From a bacterium (GTDB lineage Bacteria > Hydrothermota > Tepidihabitantia > SM23-42), in assembly GCA_049647165.1 (NCBI GenBank), contig JBARXB010000037.1, positions 15,608 through 79,607 on the forward strand: a DNA stretch of 64,000 nt, in the 5' to 3' direction. Below the pieces are notes generated by a model that worked only from the letters and a program-made list of their open reading frames with translations, did not search any database and was not told the DNA's origin. Positions 27,076 through 36,698 of the stretch are shown here, in pieces (position 1 is the first letter of the stretch; each line of letters begins with the position of its first letter). Position numbers and translations under genes: made by a program.

Positions 27076-28950
27076 ATGTATTATGATGACAGTACTCTGC
27101 CGTCATTGACGCCAGAGCCCGGTGAACGGATCCGTGAGTACGAGATCATCGGCAAGATCGGGAGTGGTGGTATGGCGACCGTTTACAAGGCACGCCACAC
27201 TTTGATAAACCAGGTTGTTGCAATTAAAATAATGAAACCGGTTCTTACTTCTGACCCTCAGTTCTGTGAGCGTTTTCTGCGTGAAGCACAGGCGACCGCG
27301 CAACTGACCGGCCATCCAAATATCGTCACTATTCACAATTTTTTTGAAGATAATGGTATGTATATTTTTGTCATGGAATATATTGAAGGTATCGGCGTTA
27401 ATGACACAAAGATCCGGACGCTTGCCCAGCGCATCAAAAAATTCGGCGCTTTTAACATCGATGGTTTTTCACCTGTTCTTAATGGGCTTTTATCGGGTCT
27501 GGGTTTTGCTCATGACCAGTCCATTGTGCACCGGGATATCAAACCTTCAAATATTATGTTTTCTGAAAAATATACTGCTAAACTCGTTGATTTCGGTATC
27601 GCCCAGATGGTCGGCGATCAAAAACTTACGAAGACCGGGACTGCTGTTGGGACGCCAAAATATATGTCACCCGAGCAGGTGAGAGGTAAAGAACTCGATA
27701 CGCGGAGTGATATCTATTCACTCGGTATTACGATCTATGAAGCTCTGATCGGACAAGTGCCCTTTCGGGGTGACACTGATTACGAAATAATGCGCAAACA
27801 TGAGGAGGAAATACCTCCATCACCCGGGGATATGAACCCGCACATTACCAAAGTCTGGGATCATCTTATCCTGAGGTGCCTGTCCAAAGATCCCGGACAA
27901 CGACCACAGAGCTGCCGGGAAATATCGCATATTCTGAAGATGAACATTGTCACTGATGTGCCTGAACCACCGGCGGAAACTAAAGCGCATCATGCTCATG
28001 ATATAAAACAGGTTAGGGTCGACCAGAAGCCAGAAGGTAAAGCTGTCGGCAAAAAGAAAACAAAAAAACTGCACGCTATTTTCTATATCGGTTTAGGTGT
28101 GCTTATTACCTGCACGATCCTGGCTTTATTCTACTACTTCGCCATTCACTATCCGCGCCACAAAGAACGCATTAAACCTCTGCTTTCCGGGGTCAGCAAC
28201 CCAGCCGATGATCAAATAACGATTGAATCGCCGACCCGTAAGTATTCTATTATCGGCAATCTGATCGCTGGTTCATCGTATGTTAAAAATGCTTTCGTTT
28301 TGTGTGACGAGGCAAAATTGAGTGAGATTATCGATCAGCTCAGGCAAGACGAGCCGGAGATCACATATGTGCATTTTACTGATGACCAGAATACTGTGAT
28401 CGCCTCGAGCGATCCCGGGATAATGGGTGCGGTGTACAATTCAAAGATCCTTGATCCGGATAATGATGCGGTTCGGCAACGCGATCGATTCTATGAATGT
28501 GGTTTCACTATCGAACTCGAAGAGAAGAAGTTCGGTGTATTATATTTTGGCGCGCTAACAAGTGAACAAGAACAAACACAACCCCAGAATGAGTTGCGCG
28601 CGGAAAGGTATGAAAGCATCGGTAAGGTCATTGCTCACTCGTCTTATGTTGAAGACGTGCTGGTAATGAACGAGATAGCCACGCTAGATGAGATCATTGG
28701 CGAATTGCGTGCTGCGGTAACTGATATATCATTGGTGCATTTTACAGATGGACAGGGCGTCATAGTTGCGTCGAGCGATGGGGCGTCTTTAGGCCGTGAA
28801 TTTTTCAGTGATATCTTTGAAAATAACGAAAGCGTTGTTAGGCAGAAAGATGGTTATTATGAGGGTGGATTCAGTATTAGGATAGGGGAGAAAAGAATAG
28901 GTGTTTTATATTTTGAAGCTGCGCTCATCACCGCAGACAGTTCTCAGTAA
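27076..28950 (+). CDS. Hanks-type Ser/Thr protein kinase with one TM helix and two tandem extracytoplasmic sensor-like repeats
   Basis: GSGGMATVYKA, VAIK, HRDIKPSN, DFG and SPE motifs. TM at about aa 335-356. Two repeats of about 105 aa (aa 389-493 and 511-616). Confidence 0.9.
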   Translation: MYYDDSTLPSLTPEPGERIREYEIIGKIGSGGMATVYKARHTLINQVVAIKIMKPVLTSDPQFCERFLREAQATAQLTGHPNIVTIHNFFEDNGMYIFVMEYIEGIGVNDTKIRTLAQRIKKFGAFNIDGFSPVLNGLLSGLGFAHDQSIVHRDIKPSNIMFSEKYTAKLVDFGIAQMVGDQKLTKTGTAVGTPKYMSPEQVRGKELDTRSDIYSLGITIYEALIGQVPFRGDTDYEIMRKHEEEIPPSPGDMNPHITKVWDHLILRCLSKDPGQRPQSCREISHILKMNIVTDVPEPPAETKAHHAHDIKQVRVDQKPEGKAVGKKKTKKLHAIFYIGLGVLITCTILALFYYFAIHYPRHKERIKPLLSGVSNPADDQITIESPTRKYSIIGNLIAGSSYVKNAFVLCDEAKLSEIIDQLRQDEPEITYVHFTDDQNTVIASSDPGIMGAVYNSKILDPDNDAVRQRDRFYECGFTIELEEKKFGVLYFGALTSEQEQTQPQNELRAERYESIGKVIAHSSYVEDVLVMNEIATLDEIIGELRAAVTDISLVHFTDGQGVIVASSDGASLGREFFSDIFENNESVVRQKDGYYEGGFSIRIGEKRIGVLYFEAALITADSSQ

Positions 28951-28997
28951 TGAGCATCTGCATTTTTTTTGTCACAAATATGTAAGGGGAGGTTATT

Positions 28998-29444
28998 ATG
29001 GCGGATAAATTTTCAGGAAAATGGGAGCCATTCAGAGATATGCTTAATTTAAGGGCTGATATGGATAAGGTTTTTAAAAGTTTTTTCAGCGGGTCATCCG
29101 ACGAAAGAGAGGGTTATTGGGCGCCGATCATTGATATTGAAGAGGATAAAGACAATATCGTTGTGAAAGTTGAGATTCCGGGTATGAAAAAGGATGATAT
29201 AGAGGTTGTTGTTCACGGGAAAATGCTCTCAGTGTCAGGAGAGCGTAAACAGGAGAGTGAGGTTAAGGATAAAATTTACCACCGAATCGAACGCGCTTAT
29301 GGAAAATTCAGCCGCACCATCACCTTGCCCTCTGAGGTTGATGCCGATAAGATCAAGGCATCTTACAAAGACGGTTTGTTAAGAATAAATCTACCTAAAC
29401 TGGAATCCGTGAAGCCAAGGCAAATTGATGTTGAGATAACATGA
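28998..29444 (+). CDS. small heat-shock protein (Hsp20/alpha-crystallin family)
   Basis: ACD pattern: WAPIIDIEEDKDNIVVKVEIPGMKKDDIEV...RTITLPSEVDADKIKASYKDGLLRINLPK. Confidence 0.9.
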   Translation: MADKFSGKWEPFRDMLNLRADMDKVFKSFFSGSSDEREGYWAPIIDIEEDKDNIVVKVEIPGMKKDDIEVVVHGKMLSVSGERKQESEVKDKIYHRIERAYGKFSRTITLPSEVDADKIKASYKDGLLRINLPKLESVKPRQIDVEIT

Positions 29445-29458
29445 TCAATTCTTAAATG

Positions 29459-29487
29459 AAAAGGTCGGGCATAGCCCGACCTTTTTT
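29459..29487. terminator. bidirectional intrinsic terminator
   Basis: AAAAGGTCGGGC-ATA-GCCCGACCTTTTTT lies between two convergent genes. Confidence 0.85.
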
Positions 29488-29509
29488 ATGGACTAGATTT
29501 TTTTGGTTT

Positions 29510-32500
29510 CTATTCTTTTATGATCTTTGCTTTCTCTAACTTTTCTGCGGTTTTTTTCTTCCGTTCGAAAAGCGTGTATATTACCGGGATGAACACGAGG
29601 GTCAAAAATGTTGAAAGTAACAATCCACCGATGACTGATCTTGCCATGGGCGCACGCATTTCACTGCCAGCTCCGATACCTAGCGCCATGGGGATGAGCC
29701 CGAAGCTCGTGGTCAGTGCGGTCATTAGGATAGGTCTAAGACGGACTCTTCCGGCCTCGATCACAGAATCAAAAAGCGACATACCTTGCTCACGGCGCAG
29801 TTGATTGGTATACGTAATATAAACGATTGCATTATTGACCACGATACCGCCGAGCAATAGTACACCCATCAGACTCTGCATATTGATCGTTGTGCCTGTT
29901 AAAAACAGCATCCATACGACACCAATGAGAGCAAGCGGAATTGTGAACATGATAATGAACGGTTCTTTAAAGGATTCGAACTGGCCGACCATGATCATAT
30001 AAACAAGTGCGAGCGCGAGCAATATAACAAAACCCAAGTCTTTGAACATATTCATTTGTTCTTTAAAACCGCCACCCATTTCAATGATGAAATCGGCGGG
30101 TTTTGGCAGGTTCTCGACGATCTTCTGGACATCAGCGGCGACGCTTCCCATATCGCGCCCTTCAATACTACCGGTGATCGTAACAATACGTTTATTATCC
30201 TCGTGATCGATTGAAACAGGTCCTACCGCGATCGTATCCTTAATAAAATTCTGTAACGGCACGTCGCCGAACGGTGTCGTTATCGTCATCGATATCACTT
30301 TCTTTAGGTCATTCCGGTATTTCTTGTCGATCATGAGTTTGATATCATATTCGTTACCTTCTTCTCGGAATTGACTGGCTACAGTGCCTTCCAGACGTGA
30401 ACGCAAAACGCTGCCGATCTGATAAGGTGTGAGACCGAAATTCGCGGCCTTAAGGCGGTCGATGTGCAGTTGGTATTCTGGTTTTCCTTCGCCAAAGCTC
30501 GATTCAAGACCTACGAGTCCTTCAACGGTTTGAAGCGTATCCATTAATTGGTCAGATATATTCTTTGCTTTTTCACGGTTATATCCGAAGATTTTTATTT
30601 CAATAGCGGCGCCTCCGCCGAACATAGAAAAATCATCCTGACCGTATGTTACTTTCAAACCCGGAATGATATTCTCTATTTTAGGTCGCAGGTCACGCTG
30701 AATATCTAAGACTGAACGCGCGCGTTTTTCGCGGCGCGGAAGTTCGATCCAGATCTGAGCAGAGTGAGGACCCGACGTGCTCATGAATAAACTCATCATA
30801 CCACCGGAGCCAGAACCTATAGATGTGGACATGATGTCGATCTCAGGTACCGCCTCGGCGATGATCTTTTCGAGCTCTTTGACCGCTGAATCAGTGACCC
30901 ACATATTCGTACCGACCGGCATCTCAGCATTGATAATAATTTCGCCCTGATCGACCTGGGGGCTTAGCTCAGTACCGATGAATGGCACCAGACCTCCCAG
31001 ACTGACGACGAAGACACCAAGGGTGACGAGTACAACCATCAATCTATGTTGCAGTGCCCACTTGATGATGCGTGTGTATACATTCTCGACACGCACATAG
31101 AAATTTGCCAGCCCTTGACCAAAAGCCTGTCTTTTCAAGGTTTTGAAACGCACGGAAAGCATCGGGATGATCGTTAAGGCTACTAAAAGAGATGAGATAA
31201 GAGCAAAGGTAACGGTAAGGGCTAATGGTTTAAAGAACACCGAGGCCAGACCGCTAACCAAAAGGAGCGGTAAAAAGACCGCGACCGTGGTCAGGGTCGA
31301 TGCCGTTATCGCGGCCGTTACTTCTTTTGCACCGGCGCATGCAGCTTTTTTCGGCTCTGCACCTTTTTCTTTATGGCGGAATATCGCTTCGAATACAACG
31401 ATCGCTGAATCGAGGACCATACCTATCGCGATCGTTAAGCCACCGAGTGAGATGATATTGAGACTGAGCTTGAAAATATACATGAAAAAGAGAGAGAAAA
31501 AGACCGTGATAGGGATAGCCACTGCCATATAAAGGGTTGAGCGGAAACTGCCAAGGAAAAGAAAGAGTATAACAACGGCGAGGAACGCACCAAAGATCAA
31601 TGTTTCTGCAGTACTGCGCACTGAACGGTTGATAAAGTCTGCCTGATCAAAAATAATGTCGACCTGGACACCTGGCGGCAAATCTTCTTTTATTATGTCC
31701 AGCTCTTTAACGACCGCGGTCGCGACCGTCACGGTATTAGCATCGGTTCGTTTCTGTACAAAACCCCATAATGAACGGACCCCATTAGTTCGCGAGATAG
31801 AGGTCTGCTCTGATGCTAATGAGCGAACATCGGCGACCTGGGAGAGCAGTATGGGTATACCATTATTATTACCAACAACCGTATTTCGGATTTCCTCGAG
31901 GTTATCATATTCACCGATCGTTCTTACGATATAAATCTTATTCTCGGTTTCTATATTACCGAGGGGATAATTAATGTTTTGTGCCCGCAGCGCATTGATG
32001 ATCTGTTCTGAAGTTATTCCGGTTCCTTTTAGTTTGAGCGGGTCGAGCACTATCTGCACTTCTTTCATGGCTTCGCTCATTGCATATGATGCGGCAACAC
32101 CGCCTACACGCTGGAGCCGCTCGGCGACATCCTCGGCGATCTCGTCGAGTTCAAGCGGGTTGATATCGCCGCCTACTGTATACATGACCACCGGCTGCTG
32201 TGAAATATCGAACTTAAAGATCATCGGATAGTCTGCATCTTCCGGCAAATACGGCGTTATATAGCCCAATACATCGCGCACGTCATTTGATGCCGCGTCA
32301 ATATCTGCTCCCCAATCGAACTGCATGAAGATCAAAGAAAGGTTCTCTGATGTCGTTGAAGTCATCTTATCGAGGTTATTGACCGTACCAAGACTTTTTT
32401 CAAGCGGGTCAGTTATCTGCGTTTCTATTTCTGCCGGACCTGCACCAGGATAACTCGTCATAATGAACATCATGGGAAAGGTAACATCCGGGAAAAGGTT

Positions 32501-32602
32501 GACCGGCAGCTTAGTGACCGAGATAAGGCCGAATAGTATGATGCCGAGAAAAACCATTAATACGGTGAGGGGTCTTCTGATCGATATCTCAGTAAGGTTC
32601 AT
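29510..32602 (-). CDS. RND efflux transporter permease (AcrB/HAE1 family)
   Basis: 1030 aa. N-terminus SIRRPLTVLMVFLGIILFG. Twelve-TM RND architecture. Confidence 0.9.
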   Translation of the reverse strand: MNLTEISIRRPLTVLMVFLGIILFGLISVTKLPVNLFPDVTFPMMFIMTSYPGAGPAEIETQITDPLEKSLGTVNNLDKMTSTTSENLSLIFMQFDWGADIDAASNDVRDVLGYITPYLPEDADYPMIFKFDISQQPVVMYTVGGDINPLELDEIAEDVAERLQRVGGVAASYAMSEAMKEVQIVLDPLKLKGTGITSEQIINALRAQNINYPLGNIETENKIYIVRTIGEYDNLEEIRNTVVGNNNGIPILLSQVADVRSLASEQTSISRTNGVRSLWGFVQKRTDANTVTVATAVVKELDIIKEDLPPGVQVDIIFDQADFINRSVRSTAETLIFGAFLAVVILFLFLGSFRSTLYMAVAIPITVFFSLFFMYIFKLSLNIISLGGLTIAIGMVLDSAIVVFEAIFRHKEKGAEPKKAACAGAKEVTAAITASTLTTVAVFLPLLLVSGLASVFFKPLALTVTFALISSLLVALTIIPMLSVRFKTLKRQAFGQGLANFYVRVENVYTRIIKWALQHRLMVVLVTLGVFVVSLGGLVPFIGTELSPQVDQGEIIINAEMPVGTNMWVTDSAVKELEKIIAEAVPEIDIMSTSIGSGSGGMMSLFMSTSGPHSAQIWIELPRREKRARSVLDIQRDLRPKIENIIPGLKVTYGQDDFSMFGGGAAIEIKIFGYNREKAKNISDQLMDTLQTVEGLVGLESSFGEGKPEYQLHIDRLKAANFGLTPYQIGSVLRSRLEGTVASQFREEGNEYDIKLMIDKKYRNDLKKVISMTITTPFGDVPLQNFIKDTIAVGPVSIDHEDNKRIVTITGSIEGRDMGSVAADVQKIVENLPKPADFIIEMGGGFKEQMNMFKDLGFVILLALALVYMIMVGQFESFKEPFIIMFTIPLALIGVVWMLFLTGTTINMQSLMGVLLLGGIVVNNAIVYITYTNQLRREQGMSLFDSVIEAGRVRLRPILMTALTTSFGLIPMALGIGAGSEMRAPMARSVIGGLLLSTFLTLVFIPVIYTLFERKKKTAEKLEKAKIIKE

Positions 32603-33486
32603 TATTCACTCCTTGGAATTGGATTGATTTTTTCCCCACCGGCGAGTCTTTGCTGTCCAACTACCACGACCTGCTCACCTTCTTTTATCCCGGCGAGGAT
32701 CTCCACGAATTTATCACCGATCAAGCCGACAGTGACATCGCGACGTTCTGAAGTGCTGTCCCTGACTACGAATAAATAACCGTTGAGTAAAGCATCACGG
32801 GGTATAATTAGTACGTTTTCCCTGGAACCTAAATTTAATGTTATCCGGGCGGTCATACCAGGTTTTAATATCTTTTTTGAATTATTAACGACTGCCTTGG
32901 CGGCCACAGTCCGGGTTAACGGATCAATGACCGGGCTTACCTCTGATATTGTACCGTTGAATTGAGTTTCAGGTGCAGCATCGGCCATAACGCGAACTTT
33001 GCCACCTTTACTTATGCAATTCATTGCATTCTCAGAAACATTAAAGACAACCTCAACCCTTGAAAATTCAACGACCATAGCTACTGGTGACTGCGGGGTG
33101 ACCATTGAACCATTATTGACCGTTATATTCGCGACATTACCACTGATCGGCGCGGTGATGTAACCCTCTTCATATTCAAAACCCAATGTTTCGTTACGCA
33201 GAGCCATGAGTTTGCTGTCTTTATTAACATAAGTACCTTCTTTGACCAGTACGCGTGTAATTCGACCCATTATTTCGGGAAAGACATAGGCAGTTTTGTT
33301 TGCCCTTATCGTGCCGATGATCTCACACGTGCTTTGGACATTTCCAAGCGTTACCGGAAAGGTTTCGACCGGTACTATCTTCTCGGTTTCTTCCTGTGCG
33401 GTTGGTTTTTTCGAGGCACTGATTCCGACTATGATGGCGATAGCCAAGACAATGACGATTAATGAAATAATTAAGAACTTGCGCAT
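32602..33486 (-). CDS. RND efflux periplasmic adaptor (MFP/HlyD family)
   Basis: N-terminal anchor, barrel-sandwich and lipoyl-like motifs, and a position between the tolC-like and RND genes. Confidence 0.8.
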   Translation of the reverse strand: MRKFLIISLIVIVLAIAIIVGISASKKPTAQEETEKIVPVETFPVTLGNVQSTCEIIGTIRANKTAYVFPEIMGRITRVLVKEGTYVNKDSKLMALRNETLGFEYEEGYITAPISGNVANITVNNGSMVTPQSPVAMVVEFSRVEVVFNVSENAMNCISKGGKVRVMADAAPETQFNGTISEVSPVIDPLTRTVAAKAVVNNSKKILKPGMTARITLNLGSRENVLIIPRDALLNGYLFVVRDSTSERRDVTVGLIGDKFVEILAGIKEGEQVVVVGQQRLAGGEKINPIPRSE

Positions 33487-34758
33487 CTATTCCTCCTTAC
33501 CGATTGCTTTTTTGATCTCGGCTTTTGCCGTATAATAATTTTTCAATGCCGAGAGATAATTTGTTCTTGCCTGCATTGCAGCAAGTTGAACGTCCATGAA
33601 TTCCAGGTTTGTCGCCAGACCATTACGGTAACGTATGTCGATGATCTCGTATGTTTTCTCCGCCTGTGTAACATTATCCTGGGCTGCGGCAATGGATTGT
33701 TTTGCGGCCTGGAGATTGTAAAAAGCCTGTCTTACCTCAAACACGATACCTTTTTCCAAATTTTCAAGGGCCAGCTGGGCACTTTTCACCTGGAGAGTTG
33801 CCTGTTTATACTGAGCGATATTTCTGAAACCGGTGAATATTGGAAAATCAAAACCAATATTGAAAGTGATATTCGTCCCCCAGTCATCGCCGCCAAAACC
33901 AAATGGTCTTGTCCGTGCATAAGTTGCACCGGCGACCAGGGACGGCAAATTTGCACGAGCGGCGATCGATTTGCTTAGTTCTGTTATCTTCGAATATTTA
34001 TTCAGATTCTTCAATTCAACGCGGTTCCCAAGGGCTGCTGTGGTCAGGTCATCGATATCGAATTCTTCTTCAACCATTTGCAGTTCACCTGTGAGCTTGA
34101 ATTCTTGTTGCATGGGCAATCCCAGGATCATTTTGAATCCTTCCTGAGCTAGTTTTAAACCATTCTCGGCTTTTATCAACTGCGGTTTAAGGTTGGCTAC
34201 CTGTACCTGAGCGCGGAGTAATTCGAACTGGGGTACAAGACCGGCTCGGTATCTTGTTTCAACGGATTTTGTATGTCTTCCAAGTTGAACTAAACTTTCG
34301 CGCGACAGGTTTACCATTTCTCTTAATATAAGTATACCGTAAAATGCATCAGTTACTGAATAGCGAACGTCTTGTTTTTTCCTTACTAGATCGAGTTCGG
34401 CAATATCCTTGCCGAGGTCAGAAATTTTGTAGGCATTATATATCTTACCCCAGGTAAAAAGAACTTGCTGCAGAGAGATCTGGTAATTATAGTTTTCATG
34501 TTGCCCCATTGGTATGAGCACGCTATCCAATTCAAAAACCGCAACATCACTCACATATGCATAGTAACCGCTGGCTGAGATGCTGGGATAAAATGCAGAC
34601 CGTGCCTCATCGACCATTGCTTGTGCAGTTCCGGCATCCATGGTCAACTGTTCAATTTCCGGATTATTCTGCAGCGCATAATCTATTGCCTGATAGAGCG
34701 ACAATTCCAATGTGTCAGTCGGTGCTATACCTATAATAAATATCAAAATAAATGCCAT
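33487..34758 (-). CDS. TolC-family outer membrane efflux protein
   Basis: Two-repeat coiled-coil and beta architecture. Typical LSLYQAIDYALQNNPEI N-terminal motif. Confidence 0.85.
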   Translation of the reverse strand: MAFILIFIIGIAPTDTLELSLYQAIDYALQNNPEIEQLTMDAGTAQAMVDEARSAFYPSISASGYYAYVSDVAVFELDSVLIPMGQHENYNYQISLQQVLFTWGKIYNAYKISDLGKDIAELDLVRKKQDVRYSVTDAFYGILILREMVNLSRESLVQLGRHTKSVETRYRAGLVPQFELLRAQVQVANLKPQLIKAENGLKLAQEGFKMILGLPMQQEFKLTGELQMVEEEFDIDDLTTAALGNRVELKNLNKYSKITELSKSIAARANLPSLVAGATYARTRPFGFGGDDWGTNITFNIGFDFPIFTGFRNIAQYKQATLQVKSAQLALENLEKGIVFEVRQAFYNLQAAKQSIAAAQDNVTQAEKTYEIIDIRYRNGLATNLEFMDVQLAAMQARTNYLSALKNYYTAKAEIKKAIGKEE

Positions 34759-34770
34759 TTGTACCTCCGA

Positions 34771-35358
34771 TCAGGGTAGAAAGATCTTGAGTCCGACACC
34801 ATGCTCCCAGATCTTCTCATCCTTATCAAAATACCCGTATTTTTCAAGCTCGGCACTCGCAATATAGTTGTAGCGTGTTGCATATTCGAGAGCTATATAC
34901 CTAACCGGTCTAAGCTGCAATGTGAAACCACCGACAAAACCGATGTCCCTCTCTGACATTTCCGTATTATCGGGTAGGACAACGACTGAACCGTTATCCA
35001 GAGTACGCCATAGATAAAGCCCAAAACCTGTTTCAAGCGTAAAGCTGAACCAGGGGGATTCTATAAAGGGCAGAAGGTCAAAACTTGTGCATAGAGTCAG
35101 CGGGATAAATTCATATTCGTAAGCATTCGTACCGGCAACTGCCGGATAGATTACCCTGTTACCTCTGAGTTTCAAACCTAAATGTGGTATAAAATTTCTT
35201 ATCTCCAACTCACCACCAAACCCCCATTCACCTCTTGGATCCAGGTCGTCTTGGTATAAATAATTATAGGAATAATGCGGGCTAAAAGAGATCATGAGCC
35301 CATTGCCATTGGATACAGCGACAAATAGAGGTAAAGTCAATAAGAGTATTTTCTGCAT
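34771..35358 (-). CDS. putative small outer-membrane beta-barrel protein
   Basis: Signal peptide, alternating aromatic/glycine beta-strand pattern, and location in the efflux operon. Confidence 0.45.
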   Translation of the reverse strand: MQKILLLTLPLFVAVSNGNGLMISFSPHYSYNYLYQDDLDPRGEWGFGGELEIRNFIPHLGLKLRGNRVIYPAVAGTNAYEYEFIPLTLCTSFDLLPFIESPWFSFTLETGFGLYLWRTLDNGSVVVLPDNTEMSERDIGFVGGFTLQLRPVRYIALEYATRYNYIASAELEKYGYFDKDEKIWEHGVGLKIFLP

Positions 35359-35359
35359 A

Positions 35360-35950
35360 CTACCTCCTTTTTTTCAAGCCATCAAAAAATAGCTCAAGTA
35401 ATTCATTCTTATTTACTTGTTTATCGGATATGATACAATTGATAAAGAATCCAGTTTGTATCATGTTGAGATAATACAAGGCTGCCATACGCGGTTCTAT
35501 TTTCCTGAATTCCTTTTTTACGATACCCTGTTCAATGATGCGCGCGATAATATCGATCATTTCTTTTAAGCGAACATTCATTATCGGTTTGACCGCCTTC
35601 ATGATCTTACTGGAAAGATTAATATTCTCCAGGGAAAACATGAAGAATGAACTCTTTAACCTGACCATTGTATCGATCCACTCGCTCGCGATCGTTTTCA
35701 GTTTTCTTGTAGATGTCATCCGTTCTCTTTCAACAGTACACAAATACTCGATACCCACCTTGAAATGTTCTTCAATGACACTGATATACAAGGAAGCTTT
35801 GTCTTTAAAATAGAGATAGAGAGTACCTTTGGCAAGACCTGCAGCGTGTGCTATATCATCGACAGTTGTTTTGAAAAAGCCTTCTTTGGCAAATATCCTC
35901 AGCGCGCTGTTTATGATTTTCTCCCTCGTATTCTGTTCTTTTGTTCTCAT
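35360..35950 (-). CDS. TetR/AcrR-family transcriptional repressor
   Basis: N-terminal HTH: ALRIFAKEGFFKTTVDDIAHAAGLAKGTLYLYF. Confidence 0.9.
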   Translation of the reverse strand: MRTKEQNTREKIINSALRIFAKEGFFKTTVDDIAHAAGLAKGTLYLYFKDKASLYISVIEEHFKVGIEYLCTVERERMTSTRKLKTIASEWIDTMVRLKSSFFMFSLENINLSSKIMKAVKPIMNVRLKEMIDIIARIIEQGIVKKEFRKIEPRMAALYYLNMIQTGFFINCIISDKQVNKNELLELFFDGLKKRR

Positions 35951-35982
35951 ATGTACTTTGACTCCTTATTTCTGAAAAGGTT

Positions 35983-36032
35983 TATAATGACTGACCAGTC
36001 AGTCATTATAGTGATAAACTGTAGTTTGTCAA
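35983..36032 (-). promoter_or_regulatory. promoter TTGACA-16-TATAAT (minus strand) overlapped by a perfect 13-bp-arm palindrome, the candidate TetR operator
   Basis: On the plus strand TATAATGACTGAC-CA-GTCAGTCATTATA spans 35983-36010. On the minus strand the -10 is at 36005-36010 and the -35 at 36027-36032. Confidence 0.7.
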
Positions 36033-36048
36033 GGGGGATATTGGGTTA

Positions 36049-36510
36049 TCAGGAAAAGGCCGGTTTGATGCCGAGGATCAAGGCAACTGATAATACTAAG
36101 CCACTGCCTAAAAGACATCCGGCCATTTTTCCCAGGGCAGTTGTGATCGGTTCACGTGATTCATCAATGCCCTTACTTCGGAGCCACTTGGCAATACTTC
36201 CTTCCACAAAACCCGCGATTCCATCGGTCAGAGCATCACCGATCACACCGCCCGCGATCGCGCCGGCAACGCCAAATAAAGCGCCTCCCCAGAGCGCCGG
36301 TATGGTCAGAAGACCGGTGTCAAGACCGCCGAAAATCAGATCGGGTATTGCTCTTTTTAGGGATCGTTTGGCCAATACCATGCCTATAAGAGGTATTATA
36401 CTGAGGGCTAAAACCACCGGACCAATAGGGTATCTATTCTGCAGAGTAATAACGCCTATTACGCCGATGATAATTCCTAATATAGTAACATATGATGCGC
36501 TTTTTATCAT
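36049..36510 (-). CDS. hypothetical glycine-zipper membrane protein
   Basis: I prefer the start at MIKSASY, which has SD AAAGGAG. Gly/Ala-rich TM segments. Confidence 0.5.
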   Translation of the reverse strand: MIKSASYVTILGIIIGVIGVITLQNRYPIGPVVLALSIIPLIGMVLAKRSLKRAIPDLIFGGLDTGLLTIPALWGGALFGVAGAIAGGVIGDALTDGIAGFVEGSIAKWLRSKGIDESREPITTALGKMAGCLLGSGLVLSVALILGIKPAFS

Positions 36511-36620
36511 GATTTCTCCTTTATATAATATCAGAAAACTCTCTGTGCTAGAGCAGTTAATATTGAGTATATTCAAAATTCCATTGAAAATCAAGATACG
36601 GCCTGGAACGAGTCCTTACC

Positions 36621-36648
36621 TTGACATCGCTTAAAGAAAAGCTATAAT
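36621..36648 (+). promoter_or_regulatory. sigma70-type promoter TTGACA-16-TATAAT
   Basis: TTGACA at 36621-36626 and TATAAT at 36643-36648, followed by a second TATAATGAC at 36658-36666. Confidence 0.6.
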
Positions 36649-36698
36649 GACACTCTGTATAATGACGCAGTGAACAAGGTGATAACAAGGAGGTTATC

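Noticed and set aside
35765-36634. 289-aa plus-strand ORF overlapping the tetR start and the membrane protein gene.
   Set aside because: It is antisense to two genes with good SDs and motifs. Its Pro/Arg/Ser-rich composition is what the reverse complement of a Gly/Ala-rich membrane gene produces. It has no SD.
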